A DNA stretch of 33,808 nucleotides from Candidatus Bruticola sp. Its GTDB lineage: Bacteria > Vulcanimicrobiota > Xenobia > Xenobiales > Xenobiaceae. The translations under genes and the position numbers were made by a program. The notes beneath the pieces are model-generated. The model worked only from the letters and a program-made list of their open reading frames with translations. It made no database searches and was not told where the DNA came from. Below, piece by piece: positions 17,955 through 27,016 of the stretch. Every line of letters begins with the position of its first letter. Within the stretch, counting starts at the first letter, position 1. The stretch lies in assembly GCA_051874735.1 (NCBI GenBank), contig JBJEGD010000035.1, positions 65,488 through 99,295 of the forward strand, given 5' to 3'.

Positions 17955-19397
17955 CTACTTCTTTTCCATGGATGGACGAGGCGCTTCCATGCCAGGGCCT
18001 TCTTTAGAACGCATGTCTATACCCGTTTCTTTTAAGGCTTTCTCTATCATGTAGTTCGACCAGCGGTTGGCTTCATGGAAAATTTCCATTTCATCGATTA
18101 AGCACAGCTTACTATCTTTAACCACTTGACGTCCATTAACCACAGAGAAATCGACAATGTGGCTGTCTCCGCAGAATACTACTGCAGCTACTGGATCGGA
18201 AAGAGCACCTGCATACCCGAGTTTGTTGAGGGAAATACCGATAATATCTGCACCGGCGCCTACCTCAAGCTTGCCCAGCTCCTTGTAACCTAAAACTCGG
18301 GCGCCTCCGCGAGTTGCTAAAGTGAGAGCTCTTTCGGCGGGCATGGCATCTACACCAAAGTGCAGGCGCTGCACCAGCATGCAGTTGCGCACTTCACCGA
18401 GCATATCTGAGGAGTCATTGGAGGCGCTGCCATCGACGCCCAAACCGACAGCTACATTATGTTCCACCATAGAAGGAACCCGAGCTACACCAGAAGCTAA
18501 GCGCATATTAGAAGCCGGACAGTGGGAAACGCCGGTGCCCGTCTCTGCTGCCCTCTTAATTTCATCTTCGTTTAAATAGCAGCAATGAGCAAACCAGATG
18601 TCATCACCTACCCAGCCTACACTTTCCATAAAGTCGTAGGGGCGTTTTCCATACATGTTGAGACAATAGGCGTCTTCATCTTTAGTTTCAGCTACGTGAG
18701 TATGGCAGCGCACTTTGTACTTTCTAGCTAGCTTAACCGTTTCCGAGAGCAGTTCTGGAGTAACTGAGAAAGGTGAACACGGAGCTAAGGCAACTTTAAT
18801 CATGGCCAGAGGATCTGGATCGTGATACTCTTTTATGACGCGTTCACAGTCAGCTAAAATTTTATCTTCTTTTTGGACTACGCTGCTGGGAGGCAGACCG
18901 CCTTGATCTTTTCCTCTAGACATAGAGCCACGTGTAGGATGAAAACGAATACCTACTTTCTGGGCAGCTTTGATCTGTTGATCAAAAAGGTTGTCTGGAC
19001 AATGGTTGGGGAACAAATAGAAATGGTCAGTACTAGTAGTGCATCCGGTTAAAAGCAATTCACCTAAACCAGTCATAGTTGACCAATATAAAGCTTCAGG
19101 AGTTAGCTCGCGCCAAAGTTCATACAGGTTGACCAACCAAGGGAAAAGTTCAGCTTCTTGAACGCGGGGAATATTGCGGGTTAAAGTCTGATAAAGATGA
19201 TGGTGGCAGTTAATCATGCCAGGCATAACCAGCATGCCGGAAGCATCTATCACCTTATCTGGTTGGGCTGTTTCAAGTTTAGGGCCTATTTCGGCAATAC
19301 GATTGCCTTTTACCAATATGTCACAATTTTTAATGCGCCTCATGTTGTCATCGAAAGTGGCAACCATAGCAGCATTTTTGATCAGGAGGGTACTCAT
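17955..19397 (-). CDS. Amidohydrolase, 8-oxoguanine deaminase / AtzB-like
   Basis: PGMINCHHHLYQTLTR, LAPCSPFS, HTHVAET, WFAH, HCPASNMRL, GVDGSASND. Confidence 0.85.
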   Translation of the reverse strand: MSTLLIKNAAMVATFDDNMRRIKNCDILVKGNRIAEIGPKLETAQPDKVIDASGMLVMPGMINCHHHLYQTLTRNIPRVQEAELFPWLVNLYELWRELTPEALYWSTMTGLGELLLTGCTTSTDHFYLFPNHCPDNLFDQQIKAAQKVGIRFHPTRGSMSRGKDQGGLPPSSVVQKEDKILADCERVIKEYHDPDPLAMIKVALAPCSPFSVTPELLSETVKLARKYKVRCHTHVAETKDEDAYCLNMYGKRPYDFMESVGWVGDDIWFAHCCYLNEDEIKRAAETGTGVSHCPASNMRLASGVARVPSMVEHNVAVGLGVDGSASNDSSDMLGEVRNCMLVQRLHFGVDAMPAERALTLATRGGARVLGYKELGKLEVGAGADIIGISLNKLGYAGALSDPVAAVVFCGDSHIVDFSVVNGRQVVKDSKLCLIDEMEIFHEANRWSNYMIEKALKETGIDMRSKEGPGMEAPRPSMEKK

Positions 19398-19662
19398 AAG
19401 GGAAATTTTCTAATTAGGGGGAAAAGTTCCTTTAAGGCTTGTTATGTATTTAAATGTATAACGCAATATACATATATGATTTAAAAATAAAATACTACAT
19501 ATTTGGTATAAGGTAGTTGTAAAGGACAATAATTTTTTCATTGTTATGGCATATGACATGTTTGTTAGTGCATAAACTATGTCTATATTTGTGCTTAGAA
19601 GGGGATAACGCTGTTTAAAAGCGAATTTTAGAGGGAAATTAGTTGTTAGGAAGTTTGTTATA

Positions 19663-20577
19663 ATGAAAGGTCGCTGGCTGCTAACTTTTATATTGGCTGC
19701 TTCTTTGTCAGTTTCAGCGTGGGCTTTCTCCGAACATTTAGAAAGAAGTGCAACTCAAGAAGGAGCGGCTGCTGCAGGTTCTCTGCTTGTAGCGGAGAGT
19801 GCGGGCGAAAACTGCTATTGGGCCGCTAAGCCGTCTGGCAAGCAGAATGAGGCGGCTAAGAAAAAGTCTAAGAGCAAATCTAAGGCGCAGGAAAAAAAAT
19901 CATCAGCCAAACTTAAGCCTAAACTTTCAGAAAAAGAGCGCAAAGTAGTACTGCATGGTACACGCAACACTAGAGAATTAGGCGGTTTGCCTGCTGCAGA
20001 CGGTAAATATGTCAAAGAGGGAGTTATTTACCGCTCAGGGGCTCTCTGTTACATAAACGATTCCGATGTCGAAATTTTGAAAGATAAAGGTATTGTCTCG
20101 GTTATTGAACTGCGCACCCCTAAAGAAATAACCTCTGAAGGAAGAGATAAACCTAGTTTTGCCGGTAGCGTTAAGAAAATTTATAATCTGCCTATGGTTT
20201 GTACCAGCGGACGAGGCGGCGAGGCCTATGCCTCCTATCTTAAGAAGCAGAACTACTCTTCTATAAGTCAATTTTTCAAAGTTTTGGCAAAAAAAGACAG
20301 CTATCCTGTGCTTTTTCATTGTTCTGCCGGCAAAGACCGCACTGGTATTCTAACTGCTTTAGTTCTTGAACTGCTGAGGGTGCCGCGTCCTATTATAATG
20401 GACGATTATTTAGCTTCTCAACGAAGCAGCAAAGGCTTGAAGGTGGAAGCTGACTGGCTGCGAGTAGTATTCAAAAATATTGATAAAGCCGGTGGTATTG
20501 AACCTTTTCTGCATAGTTGCGGGGTCAGTACTGCAGATATGAAAAAAGTTCGCGAGAATTTGCTTGTTGGCAAATAA
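19663..20577 (+). CDS. Exported tyrosine/lipid phosphatase (PtpB/IphP-like)
   Basis: Signal peptide ending AWA; Lys-rich linker; NTRELGG, IYRSG, IELRT, P-loop HCSAGKDRTG, DYLAS. Confidence 0.88.
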   Translation: MKGRWLLTFILAASLSVSAWAFSEHLERSATQEGAAAAGSLLVAESAGENCYWAAKPSGKQNEAAKKKSKSKSKAQEKKSSAKLKPKLSEKERKVVLHGTRNTRELGGLPAADGKYVKEGVIYRSGALCYINDSDVEILKDKGIVSVIELRTPKEITSEGRDKPSFAGSVKKIYNLPMVCTSGRGGEAYASYLKKQNYSSISQFFKVLAKKDSYPVLFHCSAGKDRTGILTALVLELLRVPRPIIMDDYLASQRSSKGLKVEADWLRVVFKNIDKAGGIEPFLHSCGVSTADMKKVRENLLVGK

Positions 20578-20625
20578 GCTATTTATAAGCTCTTTAAAAG
20601 AAGTCGGAGGTAATAATTTACATTT

Positions 20626-21723
20626 ATGTATAAATTCGCTGGAAAACTGATCCTATCCTTAGCCCTGTGCACTGTTAGTATTATGCCTTCCGCTGCTAAG
20701 GCTGAAGATACTACCGCTTACTTGTCCACTTTTTTGGCTAAAGCTCCGGCTACTGCCATTAAAGGCGAAGAATCTAAAGATCCGGCTGCCCGCCTTACTC
20801 CTCTGACTGCTTCTATATCTTGGTTGCAAACTTCAGCCGAATATAAGGGGTTGTGTTATCAAACTTACAATATGGCCTCTCAAGCGATCCGCGATAAAAT
20901 ACGCTGCGGTAGTTACGTTAATGTAAATGGTAAGCTGTGTCAGGAAGTTTACTACCGCCAGTCCGATGGTTCTATTCTTCATATTTACAAGCCTTTGGCT
21001 ATTGTTTTAGATGTGGATGAAACTGTAATTGACAATAGCGGTATAGAGGCTTGGTGCTTAATTAATAATATACCTTATAACGAAGAGTTGTGGAGTGCTT
21101 GGTGTCAGTGTCAGGGAGAAGTTCCCGCCGTTTGCCGTGAAGTTCCGGGCGCTGTCAATTTTTTATTGGAATGCCAGAAGCTGGGTATTACACCTATTTA
21201 TTTAACTAATCGTGATGAGTCTCTGCGCTCTGCGACTTTGAAAGCTTTAATCAATTTGGGATTGAATACTCCAAATTTGGATAATTGTTTAATCTTGCGT
21301 GACAAAAAGCGCGATAAAGCAGGAGCTAAGAAAATAGTTGAAGACCTGCAAATTTCTGCCTCCAGTATTTTGGGCAAAAATATCACTGCAAATTACAGTG
21401 ATAAATCGGGTCGCCGTGTAGAGGTGCGTACTCAATATGAAGTTATCGGTTGGTTTGGCGATAATCTCTACGACATGCCTGTTTTCGTACATTCTGAGTT
21501 AGATAATAACCGAGAAATTTTAAAAGAGCGCAATGAACAGGTAAAAATGTATACTTCTAAATTGGGCAATACTTTTTTCTTATTGCCTAACCCCATTTAC
21601 GGAAGTTGGCTTAAAGAACAAACTGTGCCGCCTCAGAAAATGCTCCAATATATGGACGACTACGGTTTTGGCAGTTGGTATAAAGAAAATAAAAACAAAG
21701 TTTCAGGAACTAGCGGACGTTAA
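20626..21723 (+). CDS. Exported HAD class C acid phosphatase / e(P4)-type 5'-nucleotidase
   Basis: WLQTSAEY, DVDET, VPGA, TNR, GDNLYD, LPNPIYGSW; signal peptide ending AKA. Confidence 0.85.
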   Translation: MYKFAGKLILSLALCTVSIMPSAAKAEDTTAYLSTFLAKAPATAIKGEESKDPAARLTPLTASISWLQTSAEYKGLCYQTYNMASQAIRDKIRCGSYVNVNGKLCQEVYYRQSDGSILHIYKPLAIVLDVDETVIDNSGIEAWCLINNIPYNEELWSAWCQCQGEVPAVCREVPGAVNFLLECQKLGITPIYLTNRDESLRSATLKALINLGLNTPNLDNCLILRDKKRDKAGAKKIVEDLQISASSILGKNITANYSDKSGRRVEVRTQYEVIGWFGDNLYDMPVFVHSELDNNREILKERNEQVKMYTSKLGNTFFLLPNPIYGSWLKEQTVPPQKMLQYMDDYGFGSWYKENKNKVSGTSGR

Positions 21724-21799
21724 GCCCTATTTTCGGCTAAGTTTGTTGTTGGTCTTTCAGATGAGTTCTGCTGCTGCAGTTATCAGGAGGAAATTTTAA

Positions 21800-22741
21800 G
21801 TGCTAAGGTGCCCGGCTTGTCAAGCTGAATGCTCAGAGGAAACGCGCTTTTGCATGGAGTGCGGCGCCCCTCTGTCCAAAGAACAGCCCCGTCAATCTGT
21901 CTCCAGCTTCGGTTTTGTGCAGACCGTGGCTAGATCCCAAGAAAATTATGCTGCAGGAGGGGCGAAGCAGACGCGGGCTTTGGATAAATCTTCTTCTGTA
22001 ATTAACTCTAAGCCATCCGATGCTTCCCGCAATCAAGTTGTTAGTTTAGCCAAGGATGATATTAAAGCTAGTGAGTTACCAAAGAAGACAGCTTCTTTAT
22101 CCTTGTCTGCCAATCAGAATAATTCAGCAGCGTCTCCCAACCGCAATAAGCGCTTAGAATTGGTCCTTCCTAATAATTCTGCCGTTTCTTCTAGCAAGGT
22201 AACTGCTCCATTGAGCGGTAAAGACATACCTAAATCGCCGTCTGAAGTTCCATCTGGGCGCACGCTTTTTTCTGCTCAGCAAAGACATGAAGGGGGAGGA
22301 GTTACCGCCGCTCCTTTCTCTTCTAACACTGAGCGTCCAGTTGCTTTTAGTGCTGCTCCTGCTGAGAAGAAGGCTCCCGGCGGACCTTTTTCTTCGCGCG
22401 TGGACTCTCCAGTAGTCTTTAAGGAGGTTTCTGCTGAAAAGCAAGCTACTAGTGGATCTTTTTCTGCTTCTAATGCTTCGCCAGTTGGCGGAAAGGCTAA
22501 TGTTAATAAAGCGTCTCAAGTTAGTGCTTCGGTTGCTAATGCTGACGCCCATACGGTTGCGCCTCGCTCTTCTGCTGTTAGGGCTGCCGCTTCAGAGGGT
22601 TATGCTACTGAGCAAGAAAAAACTAAAGATAAGTCAGCTGGTAAAAATATACTTTTAGGTATCTTTATTGGTGGTTGCGGTTGTGCGGCAGCTTTGTTTA
22701 TTATATTTTCTCTGTTTTTAATGTTTGCATCTGCCAATTAG
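21800..22741 (+). CDS. Zinc-ribbon protein with low-complexity linker and C-terminal TM anchor
   Basis: CPAC-x9-FCMECG at the N-terminus; S/A/P-rich middle; hydrophobic C-terminus; AGGAGG RBS before GTG. Confidence 0.75.
   Translation: MLRCPACQAECSEETRFCMECGAPLSKEQPRQSVSSFGFVQTVARSQENYAAGGAKQTRALDKSSSVINSKPSDASRNQVVSLAKDDIKASELPKKTASLSLSANQNNSAASPNRNKRLELVLPNNSAVSSSKVTAPLSGKDIPKSPSEVPSGRTLFSAQQRHEGGGVTAAPFSSNTERPVAFSAAPAEKKAPGGPFSSRVDSPVVFKEVSAEKQATSGSFSASNASPVGGKANVNKASQVSASVANADAHTVAPRSSAVRAAASEGYATEQEKTKDKSAGKNILLGIFIGGCGCAAALFIIFSLFLMFASAN
22313..22486 (+). repeat. Degenerate 72-bp (24-aa) coding tandem repeat, about 2.4 copies
   Basis: PFSSNTERPVAFSAAPAEKKAPGG / PFSSRVDSPVVFKEVSAEKQATSG / SFSASNASPV starting at 22313, 22385, 22457. 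Confidence 0.65.
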
Positions 22742-22772
22742 TAAAAAGTTTCAGATGTAAGCCATCCATGCA

Positions 22773-22828
22773 AATTTAAAGGGCCGCCCTTCCAGTTATT
22801 ATAACTAAGAAGGGCGGCCCTTTAAATT
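22773..22828. terminator. Long palindrome / bidirectional terminator between convergent genes
   Basis: Perfect 20-bp arms AATTTAAAGGGCCGCCCTTC / GAAGGGCGGCCCTTTAAATT. Confidence 0.8.
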
Positions 22829-22862
22829 AAGTAAATCCATTCTTGCAGATGGCTGCTGTAAT

Positions 22863-24908
22863 TTAATACTTACTTGGAATAATACTCTTGATTAATCCAG
22901 GCAAAGCCATCTTTAGAGCTATGGCTACGCCTATCAACGATTCACCGGCAATAATACCTGAAGCGACCGGTACTACATAGTCGTCGGAAATCTGCTTGTG
23001 CTTCTTCTCCAAATAAGAAGCCAGGCAGGCGCCGATGAACATAGAGAGAGAATTGTAAAATGGAATAACCATAGATAATCCCAATCCAGTAGCTGAAGGA
23101 ATGAATTTGCGGTATTTCTCTGGTAGATATTTTTCCAGTAGAGGAATGGCTATGCCGATTAAGCAGCCAATGAGCATGCCTAATTGAGCTGTTGGGTGAA
23201 GGGCGCTGAAGCCATTTTTCAAAAGTTCTGCTACTTTAGCCCAAACTTGAGCGCTAGGGGCTGGCCATTGGTCTCCGCCTAATACTGAGGCGTCGGGTAC
23301 AATTAAATAAAAAGCAGGAACAACTATTAATGTTCCGGCAAAGATACCGCTAAATTGGGCTAAAAATTGCTGTCTCGGATTCGCTCCTAGAACATAGCCG
23401 CTTTTCAAGTCAGTAAGCAGATCGGCTGAAGCTCCGGCGGCGCCGGCAGTTAAGCCTGCGGTCATCAAGTTGGTAGTGACATTTGAAGGAGCCAAAAAAC
23501 CGAAAGTAAGCTGGGTAATTTTACCCATTGCTCCTACTGGAGTTATGTCCGATTCACCAGTAGCGCGGCAGGCTACTAACGCTAAGAAGAAAGTTGCGAT
23601 AACAGCTACTAACCCCATCCACCAAGTAGTGTGGAATATAAAATGGAGCACTAAAATACAGCCTAGGCCTGAAACTAAAGTGCCTAATATAAACCACGAG
23701 TTCGGTACTTCTATATCTTCCAGGGGATCGTGCTCTTTATCTTCTTTTTTGCCGAACAGGTGAGCTAAGCCGCTGAAGGCTCGGGCCATAGTTTTCCACT
23801 CCATAAAGAACATGGTCAAACCTGAAGCCACCATAATGGCTGCTCCCGTCCAAGTGCTCCAGCCTACTATGGTGCGATAGCCGCTTTCAGCTAAGTCCGC
23901 ACTGTTGATAGCTCCAATACTGGTCATCCAGGGAGCCAAGACTGCATAGCAGATGATGCCACCCAAGAGCATTGACCAGGAGACGCGCCAGCCAACTAAG
24001 GCGCCGGCCGCAATCATCACGCCGCTCATATCAAAGCTGAAGGTTAGGCTTTTCAGCGAACAGCCGCGGATAGCGCCAGGTAAAGCAATTTGACTGGGAA
24101 TCCATTGCCAGGCGTCGCGCAAGATAGCTAGCAAACCGCCGACCAAGCCAGCTATACCTAAAGCTTTGGCTTTTCGCATAGCTTCAGCCCCGTGTGAGTG
24201 GAGGCTGCGCAAAGTTTCAGCGCAAGCAATACCAGAGGGGAACTTCAGTTGCTCAATATTAATCATCTGACGCTTCATGGGTATAGCCATAAAGACTCCT
24301 AAGGCAGCCAAGAAGAAAGTCCAGATGGTTAAGACTCCCCAGCTCATATGGGTGCCGGTCAAAATTAAGTAAGCTGCAATAGCTGAGACCATAGTTCCGC
24401 CTGTGGAATAACCAGCGGAAGAGGCGCATGATTGCATACAATTATTCTCTAGTATGCTCATCTGCGTTTTGAAAATTTTAGGGAAAATAGAGTGAAGTGT
24501 TGTCCAAACCGAATAGGAAAGGATGCAGGCTGTAATGGCTACACCCAATCCCCAACCAGTTTTTAAACCAACATATAGGTTGGATAGGGACATAACGCCG
24601 CCTATCAGAGCTCCCATAATTACGGCTCTGAAAGTTAGCTGAGGAACTCCTGGACCTCGGTAAATATGGCGGAACCAGTAGTGCTCCGGATCTTCGCCAT
24701 CTTTTAGAGGGGGAATAACGGCCGATTCGTCATCTTGCTTGTCCGGTGAGCTGTCTTCAGCAGTATGCTCAGCAGTAGTTGGCTGAGCTTTTTCCTGCTC
24801 TTGACTGTCAGTTTCAGCTAAAGAAGAGGAGAGATGAACTGCGTCTGCCATTTGTTCTGCGCCAGTTTCTGCTCCGGCCTTCGTTTTTAGATTCTCATTT
24901 TTTGTCAC
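22863..24908 (-). CDS. OPT family oligopeptide transporter (YSL-like)
   Basis: QLTFRA, YVGLKTG, LENNCMQ, LKFPSG.A.AE, DLKSGY.LGA.PR.Q, ASG.IAGE; many TM helices. Confidence 0.9.
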   Translation of the reverse strand: MTKNENLKTKAGAETGAEQMADAVHLSSSLAETDSQEQEKAQPTTAEHTAEDSSPDKQDDESAVIPPLKDGEDPEHYWFRHIYRGPGVPQLTFRAVIMGALIGGVMSLSNLYVGLKTGWGLGVAITACILSYSVWTTLHSIFPKIFKTQMSILENNCMQSCASSAGYSTGGTMVSAIAAYLILTGTHMSWGVLTIWTFFLAALGVFMAIPMKRQMINIEQLKFPSGIACAETLRSLHSHGAEAMRKAKALGIAGLVGGLLAILRDAWQWIPSQIALPGAIRGCSLKSLTFSFDMSGVMIAAGALVGWRVSWSMLLGGIICYAVLAPWMTSIGAINSADLAESGYRTIVGWSTWTGAAIMVASGLTMFFMEWKTMARAFSGLAHLFGKKEDKEHDPLEDIEVPNSWFILGTLVSGLGCILVLHFIFHTTWWMGLVAVIATFFLALVACRATGESDITPVGAMGKITQLTFGFLAPSNVTTNLMTAGLTAGAAGASADLLTDLKSGYVLGANPRQQFLAQFSGIFAGTLIVVPAFYLIVPDASVLGGDQWPAPSAQVWAKVAELLKNGFSALHPTAQLGMLIGCLIGIAIPLLEKYLPEKYRKFIPSATGLGLSMVIPFYNSLSMFIGACLASYLEKKHKQISDDYVVPVASGIIAGESLIGVAIALKMALPGLIKSIIPSKY

Positions 24909-25246
24909 GTTTTTGCAACGTTCTCCTATTCGGATCTTTGTTTACCGCTGTTTAATATAACTGAAAATAAAACTATCATTTCAGAATAAAAAACAGTGGC
25001 TTAGGCACCTATTTATCTGCGCCGTTTTCATTTGTCTTCTTATAGAAAAAGAACAAAAAGGCAAAGGTTCAATGATTTTTCTATATAAGTAGAAATTGTC
25101 TAAGCCCATTTTTCCTTTTAATTATTGTTCCCTTTTGATAGAATGTTGATTCTTTTTTTCTTTCTATAGGTTTTAGCTGAACAAACCAAAAGCGGTAGGG
25201 GCGGGAAAAAAAAGTTAATTTCTAGAAAAGCAAGGACACCATTGAG

Positions 25247-26632
25247 TTGGAAAGGGCATTTTTTAGATTGACTTTACATTGTCGTCATCAGGCCTTGGCG
25301 GCCGAGCTGCCTGGCTGTAGCGTTCTCCTGAGCAGTGGAAACACTCAGTGTCGCAATTATCCTGACAATACTTATCCGTTTAGACCCTCCAGTCATTTTC
25401 TTTACTTCGCCGGTTGGTCCGCTCCGGGAAGTTATTTTTTGCTTCATGAGGGGGAAGCTTGGCTTTTTTTACCTCCGACGAACCTCGATGACATTATTTG
25501 GAGTGGGCCAGGAGAAAGTCCTGAAGAAGCCGCTCGGCGTAGTCAGTGTCAGATCAGATGTACCGACGAATTAGCTTCATTTTTATCTACCATAGATAGA
25601 AACAAGCTTGCTATGTTACCTTTGCCCGATTCTGAGCAAAATATGGCTTTTGAGAGGTTGACAGGACGCCAACCAAGTTTGGCAATGGAACTAGATAAAA
25701 AACTGGCCGAAGCAGTGATAAAACTGCGTCTGAGTGCTGATGAAGAAGCCCATTCGGAACTGAAAGACGCCTGTGCTCTTACTGTTCAGGCCCACTTGGC
25801 CGGTTTAAGGGCCCTGCCGAAAGCTGAAAATGAATACGACATCGCGGCTGCTATGCTCAATGTAGTTAATAAAGTTGGCGGTTCATTGTCGTTTAATCCA
25901 ATTATCAGTACATCTGGAGAACGCCTACATCAAATTAAATTGGGCGCTCCGTTGGTAAAAAATCGCTTGCTTTTAGTCGACTTTGGTGCGGAAAATAAGC
26001 ACGGTTGGGCCGGTGATATTACTAATACGTGGCCCGTGGGTGGTCGCTTTAGTCCTCTTCAAGCGCAAATTTACAATTTAGTTCTATATACGCACCGTCG
26101 CTGTGCCGGAGCATTGAAGGCGGGTGTCAATTATGCTGATATTCACAAGTTAGCTTTAGAAAGTTTTGCTGTTGGGTTGTCTGATTTAGGCATTATTAAA
26201 GGCGGTACCCCTGAAGAATACCTGGAAAATAATGTAGTTTCCATGTTTATGCCTCATGGTATTGGCCATCTTATGGGCCTAGACGTTCATGATATGGAAG
26301 ATCTGGGAGATTTGGCCGGGTATGCACCCGGAAGAAAGCGCAGTCAACTTTTAGGTTGGAAGAGCCTGCGCCTAAACAGAGATCTGCAAAGTGGCATGGT
26401 TTGCACTATTGAACCTGGACTTTACTTTATAAGAGAGCTTATTAATCACAGTAGCTACGCCGATTTGAGCAGGCGCTATATTGATATGGACAAATTGGAA
26501 CCTTGTTTTACTGAAGTTCGTGGTATTCGTGTTGAGCGTGATTATATGGTTACCATCGAAGGTAGCGAGTTGCTTACTCCTGGCATGCCCGATGAAGTAG
26601 ATGAAATAGAAGAATTTATGGCTAAAATTTAA
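25247..26632 (+). CDS. pepP: Xaa-Pro aminopeptidase (M24B)
   Basis: YPFRPSSHFLYFAG N-domain; metal ligands in DFGAE, GDITNT, HGIGH.MGLDVHD, TIEPG.YF, RVERD. Confidence 0.88.
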   Translation: MERAFFRLTLHCRHQALAAELPGCSVLLSSGNTQCRNYPDNTYPFRPSSHFLYFAGWSAPGSYFLLHEGEAWLFLPPTNLDDIIWSGPGESPEEAARRSQCQIRCTDELASFLSTIDRNKLAMLPLPDSEQNMAFERLTGRQPSLAMELDKKLAEAVIKLRLSADEEAHSELKDACALTVQAHLAGLRALPKAENEYDIAAAMLNVVNKVGGSLSFNPIISTSGERLHQIKLGAPLVKNRLLLVDFGAENKHGWAGDITNTWPVGGRFSPLQAQIYNLVLYTHRRCAGALKAGVNYADIHKLALESFAVGLSDLGIIKGGTPEEYLENNVVSMFMPHGIGHLMGLDVHDMEDLGDLAGYAPGRKRSQLLGWKSLRLNRDLQSGMVCTIEPGLYFIRELINHSSYADLSRRYIDMDKLEPCFTEVRGIRVERDYMVTIEGSELLTPGMPDEVDEIEEFMAKI

Positions 26633-26701
26633 TCGAAGCAATTTTGTGCGCTCTAAGAGTCAGCTCGCATAACATATGCAATAGAAACAAAGGAGAAAAC
26701 T

Positions 26702-26989
26702 ATGCCCTCTGAAGATGGTAAGCCGCATTTGGTGCTGCGTAGTTACGAAAGGAAATCCCGCCGCATTAGTAGTGGACGCTATGTAACACAAAAATTGAAT
26801 GTTCAAGGAAATCCTTTTGTAGTTTTCTGTAGCAATGAATTCTGTGAAGCCTACATTTACAAAGAGTGTGCTTTGCCTTTTTGGTCGGAAGACTGCAGCA
26901 TTGAAATGGGAGTTTTGCGTTGTCCCGCTTGCGGAGCTCCGGTAGTTCGTCCGGATTCTCCTTTAGATAACAAGGAAATTAACGTTTAG
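26702..26989 (+). CDS. Small Cys-rich (zinc-finger-like) hypothetical protein
   Basis: AAGGAG RBS 6 nt before ATG; CSNEFC and CPACG motifs; same strand, 27 bp upstream of lpdA. Confidence 0.7.
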   Translation: MPSEDGKPHLVLRSYERKSRRISSGRYVTQKLNVQGNPFVVFCSNEFCEAYIYKECALPFWSEDCSIEMGVLRCPACGAPVVRPDSPLDNKEINV

Positions 26990-27016
26990 TTTATCTTTTT
27001 AGAGGGAGGCTAAAAA

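Noticed and set aside
19398-19662. Purine riboswitch upstream of the deaminase
   Set aside because: The conserved core (TATAA...GATATGG...TTTCTACC...CCGTAAA) is absent on the minus strand.
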